Origin: Pseudomonadota bacterium
GTDB lineage: Archaea > Thermoplasmatota > SW-10-69-26 > JACQPN01 > JAJPHT01
Length of the DNA stretch: 64,000 nt
Reading direction: 5' to 3'
Assembly: GCA_021325135.1 (NCBI GenBank)
Contig: JAJPHT010000027.1
Coordinates: 1-64,000, forward strand
The translations under genes were made by a program, and so were the position numbers. Within the stretch, counting starts at the first letter, position 1; every line of letters begins with the position of its first letter. This document shows, piece after piece, positions 27,357 through 36,436 of the stretch. The notes below the pieces were generated by a model. It was not told the DNA's origin and did no database searches. It saw only the letters and a program-made list of their open reading frames with translations.

Positions 27357-28823
27357 ATGCCGACCCGCGTGGCGTTTCTCGTGGTCCTGACCCTCTTGGT
27401 CGGTTCCAGCGATAGTGCCCTCGCGGGTTCTCATGCCAATCTCGGTGTGGCGCGTGTTGAGGTCGACGATCAGCGCACGAATGGCTGCTCGGCGGGTGCC
27501 ATCGCACTCTGCCCCATCAGCGCCACAAACGTCTCCGACCCAGACAACGCCGAGGTCGACGCTGGCCAAGATATCAGCTATATCGGCGCAGGGGTTTCAG
27601 TCGATCCTATCGTACCCCTTGATGTGGACTACGTGATCCACGGCAGCGACGGCTACGTCTCCAACCCTATCTTTCCGTTTGTAGGAAGCATGTGGATGAA
27701 CTCGTCTGTGGCGCCAGGCGTCCCGGGCGTCTTCGAGGTGCGCTTTGCGGACCCCGCCATTGAGTTCTACTACAATTCGGTGAACACGAGCAATCCTGAC
27801 GACCCAATTTATTGGCACGAGTTCGGCTTCACCTTTCCTGACGGGCAGAACGCGATCGGCTACCACCGGATCGGGCCCTTCAACCAGTTCCAAGTCACCG
27901 ACACGGACGCGCAATTCCGCGCGAACCTTGAGGACCTTTGCGGCATCAAGTACCTGCCAACCCGCGAGTGCCTACAGACCTCCGACGCACTTTCAGATTG
28001 GCAGAAGAACAGCACACCCAACGCCCGTTATGGGCTCAACTTCACCGACGTGGAGGCCTCGTCCAACGCCTCCGTCATCGGGGAATCCCCGCACTTTGCA
28101 TCCTCCAACGTGAGCCTCTTTGGTTTGGGGGATCGCTACGAGCCTACGCCCACTTCCGTCTTGAGGGACGACGGGTCGCCAACGGCGCCCTTGCTGTTCA
28201 ATGGAAGCGCCCACGAGGGTGGACAGGCGGCCCATCCTGCGTGGTCTCGTCAAGAGGGCTTCACATCTCAAACCGCTGTGCTGGCTGCCCAAGTGCCCAA
28301 CGCCCGATCCACCGTGCTTGTGACGGTCGCGGCCGCCGGAGGACTCCTGCTTCTCCTCGCAGGATTCCTGCTCTACTCGCGCATCCGCGACAAGAACGAG
28401 GCCATCGCCTCCGCAGTCCGAAGCAAGATGCACGAGCTGATCGTGAAGAAGCCCGGCATCTCGCCCACGGCGTTGGCCGAGGAGTTGGGTTTGGGTTGGA
28501 ACAGCGTGGCCCATCACCTGCGCGTCATGGCGCGCACCGGCATGGTCACGACGCGCAAGGATCGTGGCAAGGTCTTCCTCTTTCCAGGCCGTGCCGAGGT
28601 CGACGCGATCTCGGCGCTCATCGCCCGCGGGGACGCGGCGGGCATCATCTTGGGCGTTCTGAGGATGCACCCCTCAGGCATGACGAAGGAGGAGCTCGTC
28701 GCCGCCACAGGCGATTTGCAGAAGCGGACGAGGAATATTTCCCTGCGCCAGCTCATCCTCAACGGCCTTGTTGTCCTGGACGAGAGCGTTGGGAATCGCT
28801 ATTTCCTCCGGCCGGGGCCGTAG
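27357..28823 (+). CDS. Membrane-anchored one-component regulator (extracellular domain, TM, wHTH)
   Basis: Signal peptide; TM followed by LYSRI...RSKMHELI.KKPGI...LGWNSVAHHLRVM; second wHTH-like segment. Confidence 0.8.
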   Translation: MPTRVAFLVVLTLLVGSSDSALAGSHANLGVARVEVDDQRTNGCSAGAIALCPISATNVSDPDNAEVDAGQDISYIGAGVSVDPIVPLDVDYVIHGSDGYVSNPIFPFVGSMWMNSSVAPGVPGVFEVRFADPAIEFYYNSVNTSNPDDPIYWHEFGFTFPDGQNAIGYHRIGPFNQFQVTDTDAQFRANLEDLCGIKYLPTRECLQTSDALSDWQKNSTPNARYGLNFTDVEASSNASVIGESPHFASSNVSLFGLGDRYEPTPTSVLRDDGSPTAPLLFNGSAHEGGQAAHPAWSRQEGFTSQTAVLAAQVPNARSTVLVTVAAAGGLLLLLAGFLLYSRIRDKNEAIASAVRSKMHELIVKKPGISPTALAEELGLGWNSVAHHLRVMARTGMVTTRKDRGKVFLFPGRAEVDAISALIARGDAAGIILGVLRMHPSGMTKEELVAATGDLQKRTRNISLRQLILNGLVVLDESVGNRYFLRPGP

Positions 28824-28947
28824 CTGCGCGTACTTTGGATCTGCCTCTTGCACATGATACGGGCGTCTTTCTTTTCTTGGCCCCCGCAAGATATCCTGTT
28901 CACCGCCGATTGGCGGATTATAGCATGGCAGCGAAGCCGTTAGTTCC

Positions 28948-28974
28948 GGGAAAGACTTCGAGGGAATGAATATC
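28948..28974 (+). promoter_or_regulatory. Shared upstream motif, copy 2
   Basis: GGGAAAGACTTCGAGGGAATGAATATC. Confidence 0.65.
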
Positions 28975-29050
28975 GCCACCTCGCGCGTTAGCCGTGCGCG
29001 TCTGGGTCGGGCGGATGTAACCGCGCGATCCTGACCACCGAGATGATTCC

Positions 29051-29404
29051 ATGAAACTGAAGACATACATCGTCGCCTCTTCGCTCATCTTCGTCCCGTT
29101 TCTCGCGGACGTTGTGAGCGCGAGCGATCCGCAGCAGGCTGAGTGCAACAACTACGGCAATCAGGTCAACTTCGCGGTGGTTGGCGACGCCAACATGAAC
29201 AACTGCGTCCAGCAGCAATGCGTGGGGGCAGCGGGTGCCGGCACCGCTGGAGCATCTGTCGGCGCGAACGCCGGCAAGGGTGGTAACGTCAGTGGCTCCG
29301 CTTCTGCTGGAAGCGGCTGCCACCAGACCATCGGCTGCGGCGGCCAGAAAACGGACTTTCATGCTCCCGACCCTGCGATCTTCTTCAGCAGCGGGGGTTG
29401 CTAG
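29051..29404 (+). CDS. Secreted Gly/Cys-rich small protein
   Basis: Signal peptide; six Cys. Confidence 0.7.
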   Translation: MKLKTYIVASSLIFVPFLADVVSASDPQQAECNNYGNQVNFAVVGDANMNNCVQQQCVGAAGAGTAGASVGANAGKGGNVSGSASAGSGCHQTIGCGGQKTDFHAPDPAIFFSSGGC

Positions 29405-29418
29405 AGGGGGAGCCTGCA

Positions 29419-29994
29419 ATGCGTTTCCTTCTCCTCGCCCTCGCTGTGGTAATGGCGGTCGAGGCGTTCCCAGAAGCCGCCGCCGCGAGTCCTGGCGCCT
29501 TGGCCGTCGCCGAGCAGGCTGGCACGCCCTGCGGCGTGGCTGTGAACCCCGTCTGCTGGGTTTCCTTGCAAGTTTGCATGGCGACCAAGGGGGACCCGCG
29601 CAACGAAACCAACCCCAATGGATGGGTGGTTTGTTGCGTCGGAACCATCGGCAACTGTGTCTGTGTGAACCCGGACGGGGCCGTCTATAGTTGCACCGAT
29701 TGCAAGTGCCCCCAATCGGAGTCGTCGCTCGCCCCCGAAACCGACCCCTCTGGGGGAGGTGGCGCCGTGATAGAGCTTGAGGGGGCGGGATGTACGAACT
29801 ACGGGATTGTCGTGCAGGTTGGTCTTCTCGGGCACAACACCTACTACTGCGGTGACCCGAAGAACCCGTGCGAGAACGAAGGCGTCATCGTCTTCGTGGG
29901 GCAGACCAACTCCTGCCTGGGTCACGGCTCCGCAGCCGTCTGCTACGGCTCGACGTGCGTGTGGGCCCCCGACAGGCCGCTTGGACCCATGTAG
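29419..29994 (+). CDS. Secreted Cys-rich protein
   Basis: MRFLLLAL signal; 16 Cys. Confidence 0.7.
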   Translation: MRFLLLALAVVMAVEAFPEAAAASPGALAVAEQAGTPCGVAVNPVCWVSLQVCMATKGDPRNETNPNGWVVCCVGTIGNCVCVNPDGAVYSCTDCKCPQSESSLAPETDPSGGGGAVIELEGAGCTNYGIVVQVGLLGHNTYYCGDPKNPCENEGVIVFVGQTNSCLGHGSAAVCYGSTCVWAPDRPLGPM

Positions 29995-30589
29995 GCTCTC
30001 TGACAACAAGAGTAATTTATGGCCGGCGGCACTCCACCGGCCAACTCCCCTTTCTACGCCAGGAGGAATCACTGCGCTCCCTAAGCTCGCCGCCGTCGTT
30101 ATCATTGCAGCCGTCTTCATTGCAGGATGCGCCAACTCTCCGAATCATCCTCCGGCCTCGACCAATGCGACTGCCAACATGCCGACGCAAGAGCAGGCCT
30201 CCAATGCAACCATTCCTTTCAACACCACAGGGACAAACGTCGAGACCATCCCTAATGGCCCCAACGCGAACAACAATCTTGGCGGGATTGATGGCGGACC
30301 ATTCGACGTTGCGGGTAACGCGTCCCACATCCTCGTGGAGCTTCGCGGCTCATGCACCCCCGCCGGAAGCCCCTGTGACCTGAAAGTGTACCTTTACGAT
30401 CCTTCGGGTCACAGCGTTGCCTCCACCATTGCGACGAACGGAGCTGGAAAGCTCATCTTCGACGGGGCTTCGCCTGGCACCTGGGGCGTTAAAGCAGTTC
30501 CGAAGAGTGCCTTCGTGAACGCTCGGGGGGAAATGCGAGTCACTACCTTCAACGGCAGCGTCCCGGACGGGTATTCGGCCTTCCAGTGA
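29981..30589 (+). CDS. Lipoprotein (start uncertain)
   Basis: VFIAGC lipobox; PPC-like DLKVYLYDPSG...PGTW. Confidence 0.6.
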   Translation: MDPCRLSDNKSNLWPAALHRPTPLSTPGGITALPKLAAVVIIAAVFIAGCANSPNHPPASTNATANMPTQEQASNATIPFNTTGTNVETIPNGPNANNNLGGIDGGPFDVAGNASHILVELRGSCTPAGSPCDLKVYLYDPSGHSVASTIATNGAGKLIFDGASPGTWGVKAVPKSAFVNARGEMRVTTFNGSVPDGYSAFQ

Positions 30590-30593
30590 TGGT

Positions 30594-30620
30594 GGGAAAG
30601 ACTTCGAGGGAATGGATATC
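30594..30620 (+). promoter_or_regulatory. Shared upstream motif, copy 3
   Basis: GGGAAAGACTTCGAGGGAATGGATATC, 26/27 identical to copy 2; starts 62 nt before ATG 30656. Confidence 0.65.
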
Positions 30621-30655
30621 ACCTGCAAGATGTTACGCGCTCAGCGTAACGCACC

Positions 30656-31318
30656 ATGTCCTCGAAGTCCCGCACGCGCTCTGCCCTTGCCTTGGTCGTC
30701 GTCGCCTCCGCTTTCCTTGTGACGGGCTGCATAGGCGGCTCTGCGCCGGTGAAGTCCGCCGCGGTTTCCCCCTCCGTCTCCCCGATTTCCGCGGCGACGC
30801 CCGGCGTGGAGAACGCGACGGTGGCCGTCTCGATGAACGCGACGCCCTTGGCGCCCTTCGTCTTTCAGTTCGACGACACGACCAATGCCAGCGCTTTGGC
30901 TTGCGTCTTCGCGCCCGAGGGCCTTGAGGTGTGCCAGTTCGTCCCGCCTGGGGGCAACCCCGGCGGGATCCACTACATCCCTGCGGGCCCCTACGCGGCG
31001 TTGCACCTCAACCTCACCTGGAGGCCCGCGAGTCCCACCGCGGCGGCCTTGAGGATCACGCTCTACGAGGAGAACGAGGCCTTCGATCAGCTCTGCGGTA
31101 GGACCGCCATGACCTCGCCCTTCCTCTACGATTGCGACCTGGAGAAGCACAACGCGACCACGCCCATGCTCCTCTACATCCACCCCGCGCCTCTCGAACC
31201 TGACGCCGCCAACGCCTACGTCTACGCCTGGGCTGCGCCAGTCCCGCAGCCCTTCCACGTCGAGGGACGGTTCGTTCCGCAGGCGAACGCGACGCTCCCC
31301 GCGGGGACTTCCCCATGA
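30656..31318 (+). CDS. Lipoprotein
   Basis: LVTGC lipobox. Confidence 0.65.
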   Translation: MSSKSRTRSALALVVVASAFLVTGCIGGSAPVKSAAVSPSVSPISAATPGVENATVAVSMNATPLAPFVFQFDDTTNASALACVFAPEGLEVCQFVPPGGNPGGIHYIPAGPYAALHLNLTWRPASPTAAALRITLYEENEAFDQLCGRTAMTSPFLYDCDLEKHNATTPMLLYIHPAPLEPDAANAYVYAWAAPVPQPFHVEGRFVPQANATLPAGTSP

Positions 31319-31547
31319 CCCGCCCCTTGGAGGGGTTGAGCCGGTTTTTCGTGGTCGCCGGGGCGCACGGGGGCCTCTGTCCCGCGCGTCCGCCCGGGTC
31401 CGCCAGCCCGGACGCTCGACTCCTCCAGGGGGGAGCCTTCCTTCGCCTCGGGGCGCGGTGGCCCCGGTTCACTCCGGCGGCATCTGTCGTCGCGCAAGCG
31501 TGCCAGCCTCCAGCCGGCCCCGAGGCGCTTCCCCTGGGGGTCGCGTC

Positions 31548-31910
31548 GTGAGCCGCGCGTTGGAGCGCGAACGCCTCGTGGGGCTCACGCAGGCCCAGGC
31601 GGCGTGGCTGTTCGACTTGGCGAAGGCGGACCTGAAGCGGAGGCAGAACGGCTCGGAGCACTACCACGACTTCGACGCGCACATGGTCAGCCTCTTGGTG
31701 GAGAAGCTGCGCGCCGCCAGCAGCGAGGCGCCCTTCTCCCCGCTCGTGGGCGCGGAGATCTCCATCCCCGTGCGCCTCCAGCGCCCCGAGGGCGTCGTCC
31801 TCGCCCACGTCCTCCTCCCCGGCACCGCGCTCGTGGCCGACGAGCTCGACCGGATCGCGCTCGACCTCCAACGTTGGGCCGACCACCTCCGACCCGGCCA
31901 CCCCGGGTGA
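31548..31910 (+). CDS. Hypothetical protein
   Basis: High-GC ORF with host-like codon use. Confidence 0.5.
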   Translation: MSRALERERLVGLTQAQAAWLFDLAKADLKRRQNGSEHYHDFDAHMVSLLVEKLRAASSEAPFSPLVGAEISIPVRLQRPEGVVLAHVLLPGTALVADELDRIALDLQRWADHLRPGHPG

Positions 31911-32499
31911 GTCCCGAATGGCCGTGCTAGGGGATCGTGAAGGGCGTCGTGCCCACCTGGCTTTGCAAATCCGGCGACATGCCGCTTCCAACACATTGTC
32001 GCGGTCGCTGGGCATCCTCAAGGGCAGAAAATACGTTGTCCGGTGATGCTAAAATCTGATCCTGCGTGCCCAGGCTGACGCGGTCTGATTTGCCTTCTGT
32101 CAGTTGGCCAGCGCATGCGAGGGCTTCTTGGTGATCGGCCGAGCAAAATCCTCGGGCATTCCCCCGCGGAGAGAGCCATGCAACCGAACTCCTGCATTCT
32201 AGATAGTTGGTCTGCCAGAAAAAGTGGCCGTTTTTCGCCGCATGAGCTGTCATGGTGTAAGGAGATTCTATGCGAAATTTGGCGCGCGCTGGGGGGAGGT
32301 TTATGCGTTTTTTCACAGCTTTTCTCCGTAACGACTATCATGGAACGGCCCGGTGCAGTTCGTCAGGGCGGAGCGAAACTTTGCCTGAGGTAGACTCCTG
32401 CATGCGAGGAACGGCGTACCGGCGGCACTCGGTGGCACGCAGACCGTCGCTTTTCCCATTGCGCGAAATTATTTAGCGCCTTCCGAGTGTGTTACCGTC

Positions 32500-34095
32500 A
32501 TGTCCGTTCCGCTTCCCACACCTGAGCAGATTGCCCAGTTGTCGGGGGTTCTGTGCCTGCTTGCGCTGGGCGGGACGCTCGGCTGGTTCCTGCTCATGCC
32601 GGCCGGCCCTCGGTGGAGGCGGGACACGCGGGCAACGCTGGCGGCCGCCACGTTCGCAGTCGTGGTCTTCATCATGGCATGGACCAGCGCCATGAACCTC
32701 TTTGGGGACTACTTCACTTCTGCCGCAATCACCTTCCGCAATCTCGCCGAGTACGGCGACCTCGCCATTCCCTTCGCGCTGGCCACCTTCGCCTATGCGT
32801 TCCTGCGACCCTACTCTCGCAAGTTTGGGGTCATCGCGGCACTTGCCAGCGTTGTAACCGCGTCCCTTTGGGCATTCAACGCCGCCAATCCCTGTCAGTT
32901 TCGCTGCTATCCAGATGCGAATTCGGTCCACTTCGGCTGGATGGATGTCATTTCGTTTGCCGTCCCGCTTTGGTACGCCCTTGTCGCGGACTTCGTTGCG
33001 TATGACGCCTTGAAGGGCGTAAGCGACCGCGCCCGGAAGGCGAGTTTCCTGGTGGCCCTCGCGCTGCTGTTCTACAGCTTCGTCCAGAGCGGCATCCTGC
33101 TCACTAGCATCTTCTCCAATGGACCGCCCAAATTCTTCGTGCTCACCACATGGACGCCCATGTTCTTTGGCGAGGTGCTCGGAGCCCTGGGCGTGCTACC
33201 GGCCATCTACGCACTCGCCTGTCTGGCGCGAACTGCCCACGACCACGTCGACACGATGCTGCATTGGGCGCCCCGCGCCGTTTTCGCCTCCGTGGCGGCG
33301 TATGGATCAGGTCTTTTTCTCGGGGCCATTGTCTGGATCAAGAGCCTGTTCGGCCAAGTCCCTCCCGAGGCCGACCCCGTTTACCTGGGCCTTCTCCTTA
33401 AGGGAATTTGGACCTTCATGGTTCCAGTCGTCGTCGGCTATGCCATTGTCCAGTTCCGTCTCTTCGACCTTACCCAGAGTCAGAAGGCGGTCTTCCGGCG
33501 CGGTCCTGCGGTCGTGCTTGCGGTTGTCGCGATCTTGACGCTCACCTCATTGGTACAACGCTACGCCCGCGTGAACGAGCTCACCCGGTACAGCGCAGTC
33601 CTCATCGCGCTGATTGTTATCGGGGCTTTCGTCTTTGAGCCATTTGTGGAGTTCGTCCGGCGTCTCCCTGTGGCGTTGCAAGTAAGTCTTCTTGGGGCTC
33701 TCATTGCGGGAGGCGCGCTTGAGATTGTGAAGAACGGCACGGCATCCGTCTTGCTGTTCTGCATGGGCATCCTTGTGATGTGGCTCTTTTCGCGAAAGGC
33801 CCATTCATTGGGAGAGGCGTTGGAGGATGGGGACCTGCTCCCGCCGCTGTCGCGTCGTGCGACCATGAGCGACGAGGAGAAAGCCGTCTGGATGGAAGTG
33901 CGGATCTCGGATTGTATGCAACGCGGGGGCTGGAATCCGCAAAACCATGCCCGGTACCGTGCAGAATCGCTGGATTTTGGAGTCCCAGAGCAGACGTACA
34001 ACCGCTTGGTCAACGGCTGTGCTGAAGCATTCGCCAGTCGCGGCGCGAAGACGCAACCGGAGACTTGGACTGAGGAACCTTTGGGGGAGGCGTAA
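32500..34095 (+). CDS. Polytopic membrane protein with short helical C-terminal cytoplasmic domain
   Basis: About a dozen hydrophobic segments; lower GC. Confidence 0.75.
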   Translation: MSVPLPTPEQIAQLSGVLCLLALGGTLGWFLLMPAGPRWRRDTRATLAAATFAVVVFIMAWTSAMNLFGDYFTSAAITFRNLAEYGDLAIPFALATFAYAFLRPYSRKFGVIAALASVVTASLWAFNAANPCQFRCYPDANSVHFGWMDVISFAVPLWYALVADFVAYDALKGVSDRARKASFLVALALLFYSFVQSGILLTSIFSNGPPKFFVLTTWTPMFFGEVLGALGVLPAIYALACLARTAHDHVDTMLHWAPRAVFASVAAYGSGLFLGAIVWIKSLFGQVPPEADPVYLGLLLKGIWTFMVPVVVGYAIVQFRLFDLTQSQKAVFRRGPAVVLAVVAILTLTSLVQRYARVNELTRYSAVLIALIVIGAFVFEPFVEFVRRLPVALQVSLLGALIAGGALEIVKNGTASVLLFCMGILVMWLFSRKAHSLGEALEDGDLLPPLSRRATMSDEEKAVWMEVRISDCMQRGGWNPQNHARYRAESLDFGVPEQTYNRLVNGCAEAFASRGAKTQPETWTEEPLGEA

Positions 34096-34101
34096 ACCTT
34101 C

Positions 34102-34422
34102 ATGATGAATTTCACGAGCGGCATTAGCGGACGCCATTCCACGCTTCTGCAAGCGGGCATCGCCGTTGGCCTCATTCTCGTATCCACCCTTCCGGTCTTG
34201 GGTGACACTGCGTCTGGGGTGCCTCCATCGTGCCCCGAAGACCCCACCGCGTGCCACATTGCTCGTGTCACCGTAATCGCAATCGACCCCAACGGCGTCC
34301 CCACCTCATCGCACACGTTCGACATCTCACCCGTGGGCGTCTCGATCACCGTGACGGTCCAACTGAGCGCCCTCTTGGGCAATCCAAGCCATTTTCTCGT
34401 GATTGGCACGTCAATGGAATGA
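34102..34422 (+). CDS. Small secreted protein
   Basis: Hydrophobic N-terminal segment; CPEDPTAC; directly follows the membrane protein. Confidence 0.5.
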   Translation: MMNFTSGISGRHSTLLQAGIAVGLILVSTLPVLGDTASGVPPSCPEDPTACHIARVTVIAIDPNGVPTSSHTFDISPVGVSITVTVQLSALLGNPSHFLVIGTSME

Positions 34423-34751
34423 AACCAAGATGTCCAGCCCCACGACGGACACGCCCTCCGTGCCCAGCGTGGTGCCCGCCACCGAGGAGCGGTCCAAGCC
34501 CAGCTTCACGGACTCCGGGACCGCGATGGCGCCCGTGACGATCTACGGCTCGCGGTAGGAGCACGCCACGCACGCGGGCCCGCCCGCGGCCCTCATCAGC
34601 GCCGCGCTGCACTCCGGACACGTCACGTCGTCCACGTCCCTCAAGACCCTGACACGAGGGACGACTCCGACGCGGAGGGCAGCCCGAAAGGACCCCCCAC
34701 GCTGGAGCGCGCGGTCTTCTACTGGAAGCCTGAAGCCGTGACCCGTTTAAC

Positions 34752-35072
34752 ATGGCCCTGTTGGGCAAGGACAAGATGGTGCCGTGGATCATCGTTGGCG
34801 CCCTCGTCGTCAGCGGCGCAGCGTGGGCGCTCGCCAGCGCCGCGGTCCAGATCACGGGCTCCCTCTGCACCGCCTTCATGGAGCCCATCAAGGCCGGCGC
34901 CGCCAACAACGGCTTCGCCGACGCCCTCCTCCTCTTGGTCGCCGGCGACGCTATCGGCGGCGCTGCCGCGACGCTCGCCCTCACCATGGTGGGCCTCGAC
35001 CTCCTCCCCGCGATCCTCAGCGCCGGCGCCCTCGACGCCCTGGCCGACGCGCTGGCCTGGATCGCTTGCTGA
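34752..35072 (+). CDS. Small very hydrophobic Ala/Leu-rich protein (virion membrane protein or pilin-like candidate)
   Basis: 106 aa, mostly hydrophobic helices; codon style matches the viral core genes. Confidence 0.6.
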   Translation: MALLGKDKMVPWIIVGALVVSGAAWALASAAVQITGSLCTAFMEPIKAGAANNGFADALLLLVAGDAIGGAAATLALTMVGLDLLPAILSAGALDALADALAWIAC

Positions 35073-35102
35073 CCTCTGGACCTGGCGCCCTGGCGAAGGC
35101 AT

Positions 35103-35144
35103 CCCGTCTCAAAAGCCGCCTATCTTGACCTCTTTTGAGACGGG
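35103..35144 (+). other. Putative rolling-circle double-strand origin
   Basis: Perfect 13-bp stem CCCGTCTCAAAAG/CTTTTGAGACGGG; loop contains TATCTTGA, as in pC194-family nick sites; lies upstream of the HUH Rep. Confidence 0.65.
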
Positions 35145-35155
35145 CAGGAAAACTC

Positions 35156-35297
35156 CTGGCAGGGATCGGCGGGGAGGAGCCCTTGGGACCCGGTTGTTCC
35201 CGGAATACACTACGCCGTAGTTTACGAAGGCTAGTAGTGTATTCTGAAGAACAATCGGAAGGCCCGAGGAGGCGCCCCTGCCCGCAAGATCACCAGG
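35156..35297. other. Long imperfect stem-loop (sso or packaging-signal candidate)
   Basis: GAATACACTAC/GTAGTGTATTC (35203-13/35234-44) nested in CCGGTTGTTC/GAACAATCGG and outer CCTGG..GATC/GATC..CCAGG. Confidence 0.55.
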
Positions 35298-35434
35298 CCA
35301 AGGGGATCGTGCCCTGCCTTTTCCCAAACTTAAATCTCAATCTAATTTTTAAAAAAATAGAGCAGCGACGTGCGCCGCACGACACGCGCCCCGCGCACCG
35401 TCACCATGACGGCGGCCCGCCGCCACTCGCGCCC

Positions 35435-36436
35435 ATGCGCCCACGACACGACGCCAGGCTAGAAAGAAGGCCGCGCAACGCGCTCAGCCGCGCCATGCGC
35501 GAAAACCTCGCCTACTGGCTCGCCCAGGTCCAGAAGTATGTCACCCCCGACCGCCTGGCCCTCGTCCGGACGTACTACCCTCCCATCCTGGCCGCGAAGA
35601 TCATCGCCTGCTGCGAGGCCCAGCTGCGCGGCGACTTCCGCCGCTGCTGCCGCGACCGCTACTGCCCCGCGTGCAGCATGAACGAATCCCGGAAGATCGC
35701 CCGCAAGCAGTACCGCCACTTCGAGGCCTGCACGCCCAAGGGCGCCAAGATGCGCCTCGCCCACGACGTGTTCACCCTCCCGCCCCAGCTCCGGGCCCGC
35801 CTCGTCAGCCTCGCCGGCTGGCACGCCTTCCGCCTCGCGGTCCAGGACACCCTGCGGGAGATCCACGGCGCCGAGGTCGCCGGCGTGATGAACTTCCACG
35901 CCCACGGCGACGAGGACATCCGCCTCTTCCACCCGCATTGGGACGTGGTGACGAACGGCTACCTCCTCCCCGAGACGGGCAAGCCCAAGCAGCACCGCCC
36001 GCCCTTCGTCCACCACGACGACGTGCGCGACGTCTACCGCCGCAACCTCGCGCGCCACTTCGCCCTGGCCGAGCACGAGAAGCCCGAGAAGGTAGACTGG
36101 TGGTGCGACACCAGGAACCACCGCGTCTTCAACCTCCCCTGGAAGATCCGCCACGTCATCCGCTACAGCGCGCGCAACGTCTACCAGCCCCACCTCGCCT
36201 GGTTCGTGGACAACGGCCCCGAAGGCGACTGGTACTACATGCCCAACGAGAAGAAGGGCGAGGTCTGCATCTACGAGGGCGCGGAGGTCATCCGCAACTT
36301 CCAGCGCATCGAGCACATGCTCTACCGCAAGCGCCGCCGCGTCTGGTTCGGCTACATGCAGGACCGCAGCTTCGCCAAGAGCGCCGCGCGCTTCGGCCAG
36401 AAGATCGCGCAGGGCGAGCAGAGCGAGGACGAATGA
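35435..36436 (+). CDS. HUH rolling-circle replication initiator, IS91-like (start 35435 or 35495)
   Basis: CRDRYCPAC Zn finger; motif I HDVFTLP; motif II FHAHG...FHPHWDVV; motif III RYSARNVY. Confidence 0.8.
   Translation: MRPRHDARLERRPRNALSRAMRENLAYWLAQVQKYVTPDRLALVRTYYPPILAAKIIACCEAQLRGDFRRCCRDRYCPACSMNESRKIARKQYRHFEACTPKGAKMRLAHDVFTLPPQLRARLVSLAGWHAFRLAVQDTLREIHGAEVAGVMNFHAHGDEDIRLFHPHWDVVTNGYLLPETGKPKQHRPPFVHHDDVRDVYRRNLARHFALAEHEKPEKVDWWCDTRNHRVFNLPWKIRHVIRYSARNVYQPHLAWFVDNGPEGDWYYMPNEKKGEVCIYEGAEVIRNFQRIEHMLYRKRRRVWFGYMQDRSFAKSAARFGQKIAQGEQSEDE

Noticed and set aside
27045-30620. Repeated motif as a CRISPR array or integron attC sites
   Set aside because: Copies are 1.6-1.9 kb apart; nearby dyads run GTT...AAC, opposite to attC order; integrase shows no IntI features I can recognise
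35435-36436. Autonomous IS91 insertion sequence
   Set aside because: Translationally coupled to the ATPase and preceded by a dso-like hairpin; no IS ends or disrupted gene seen
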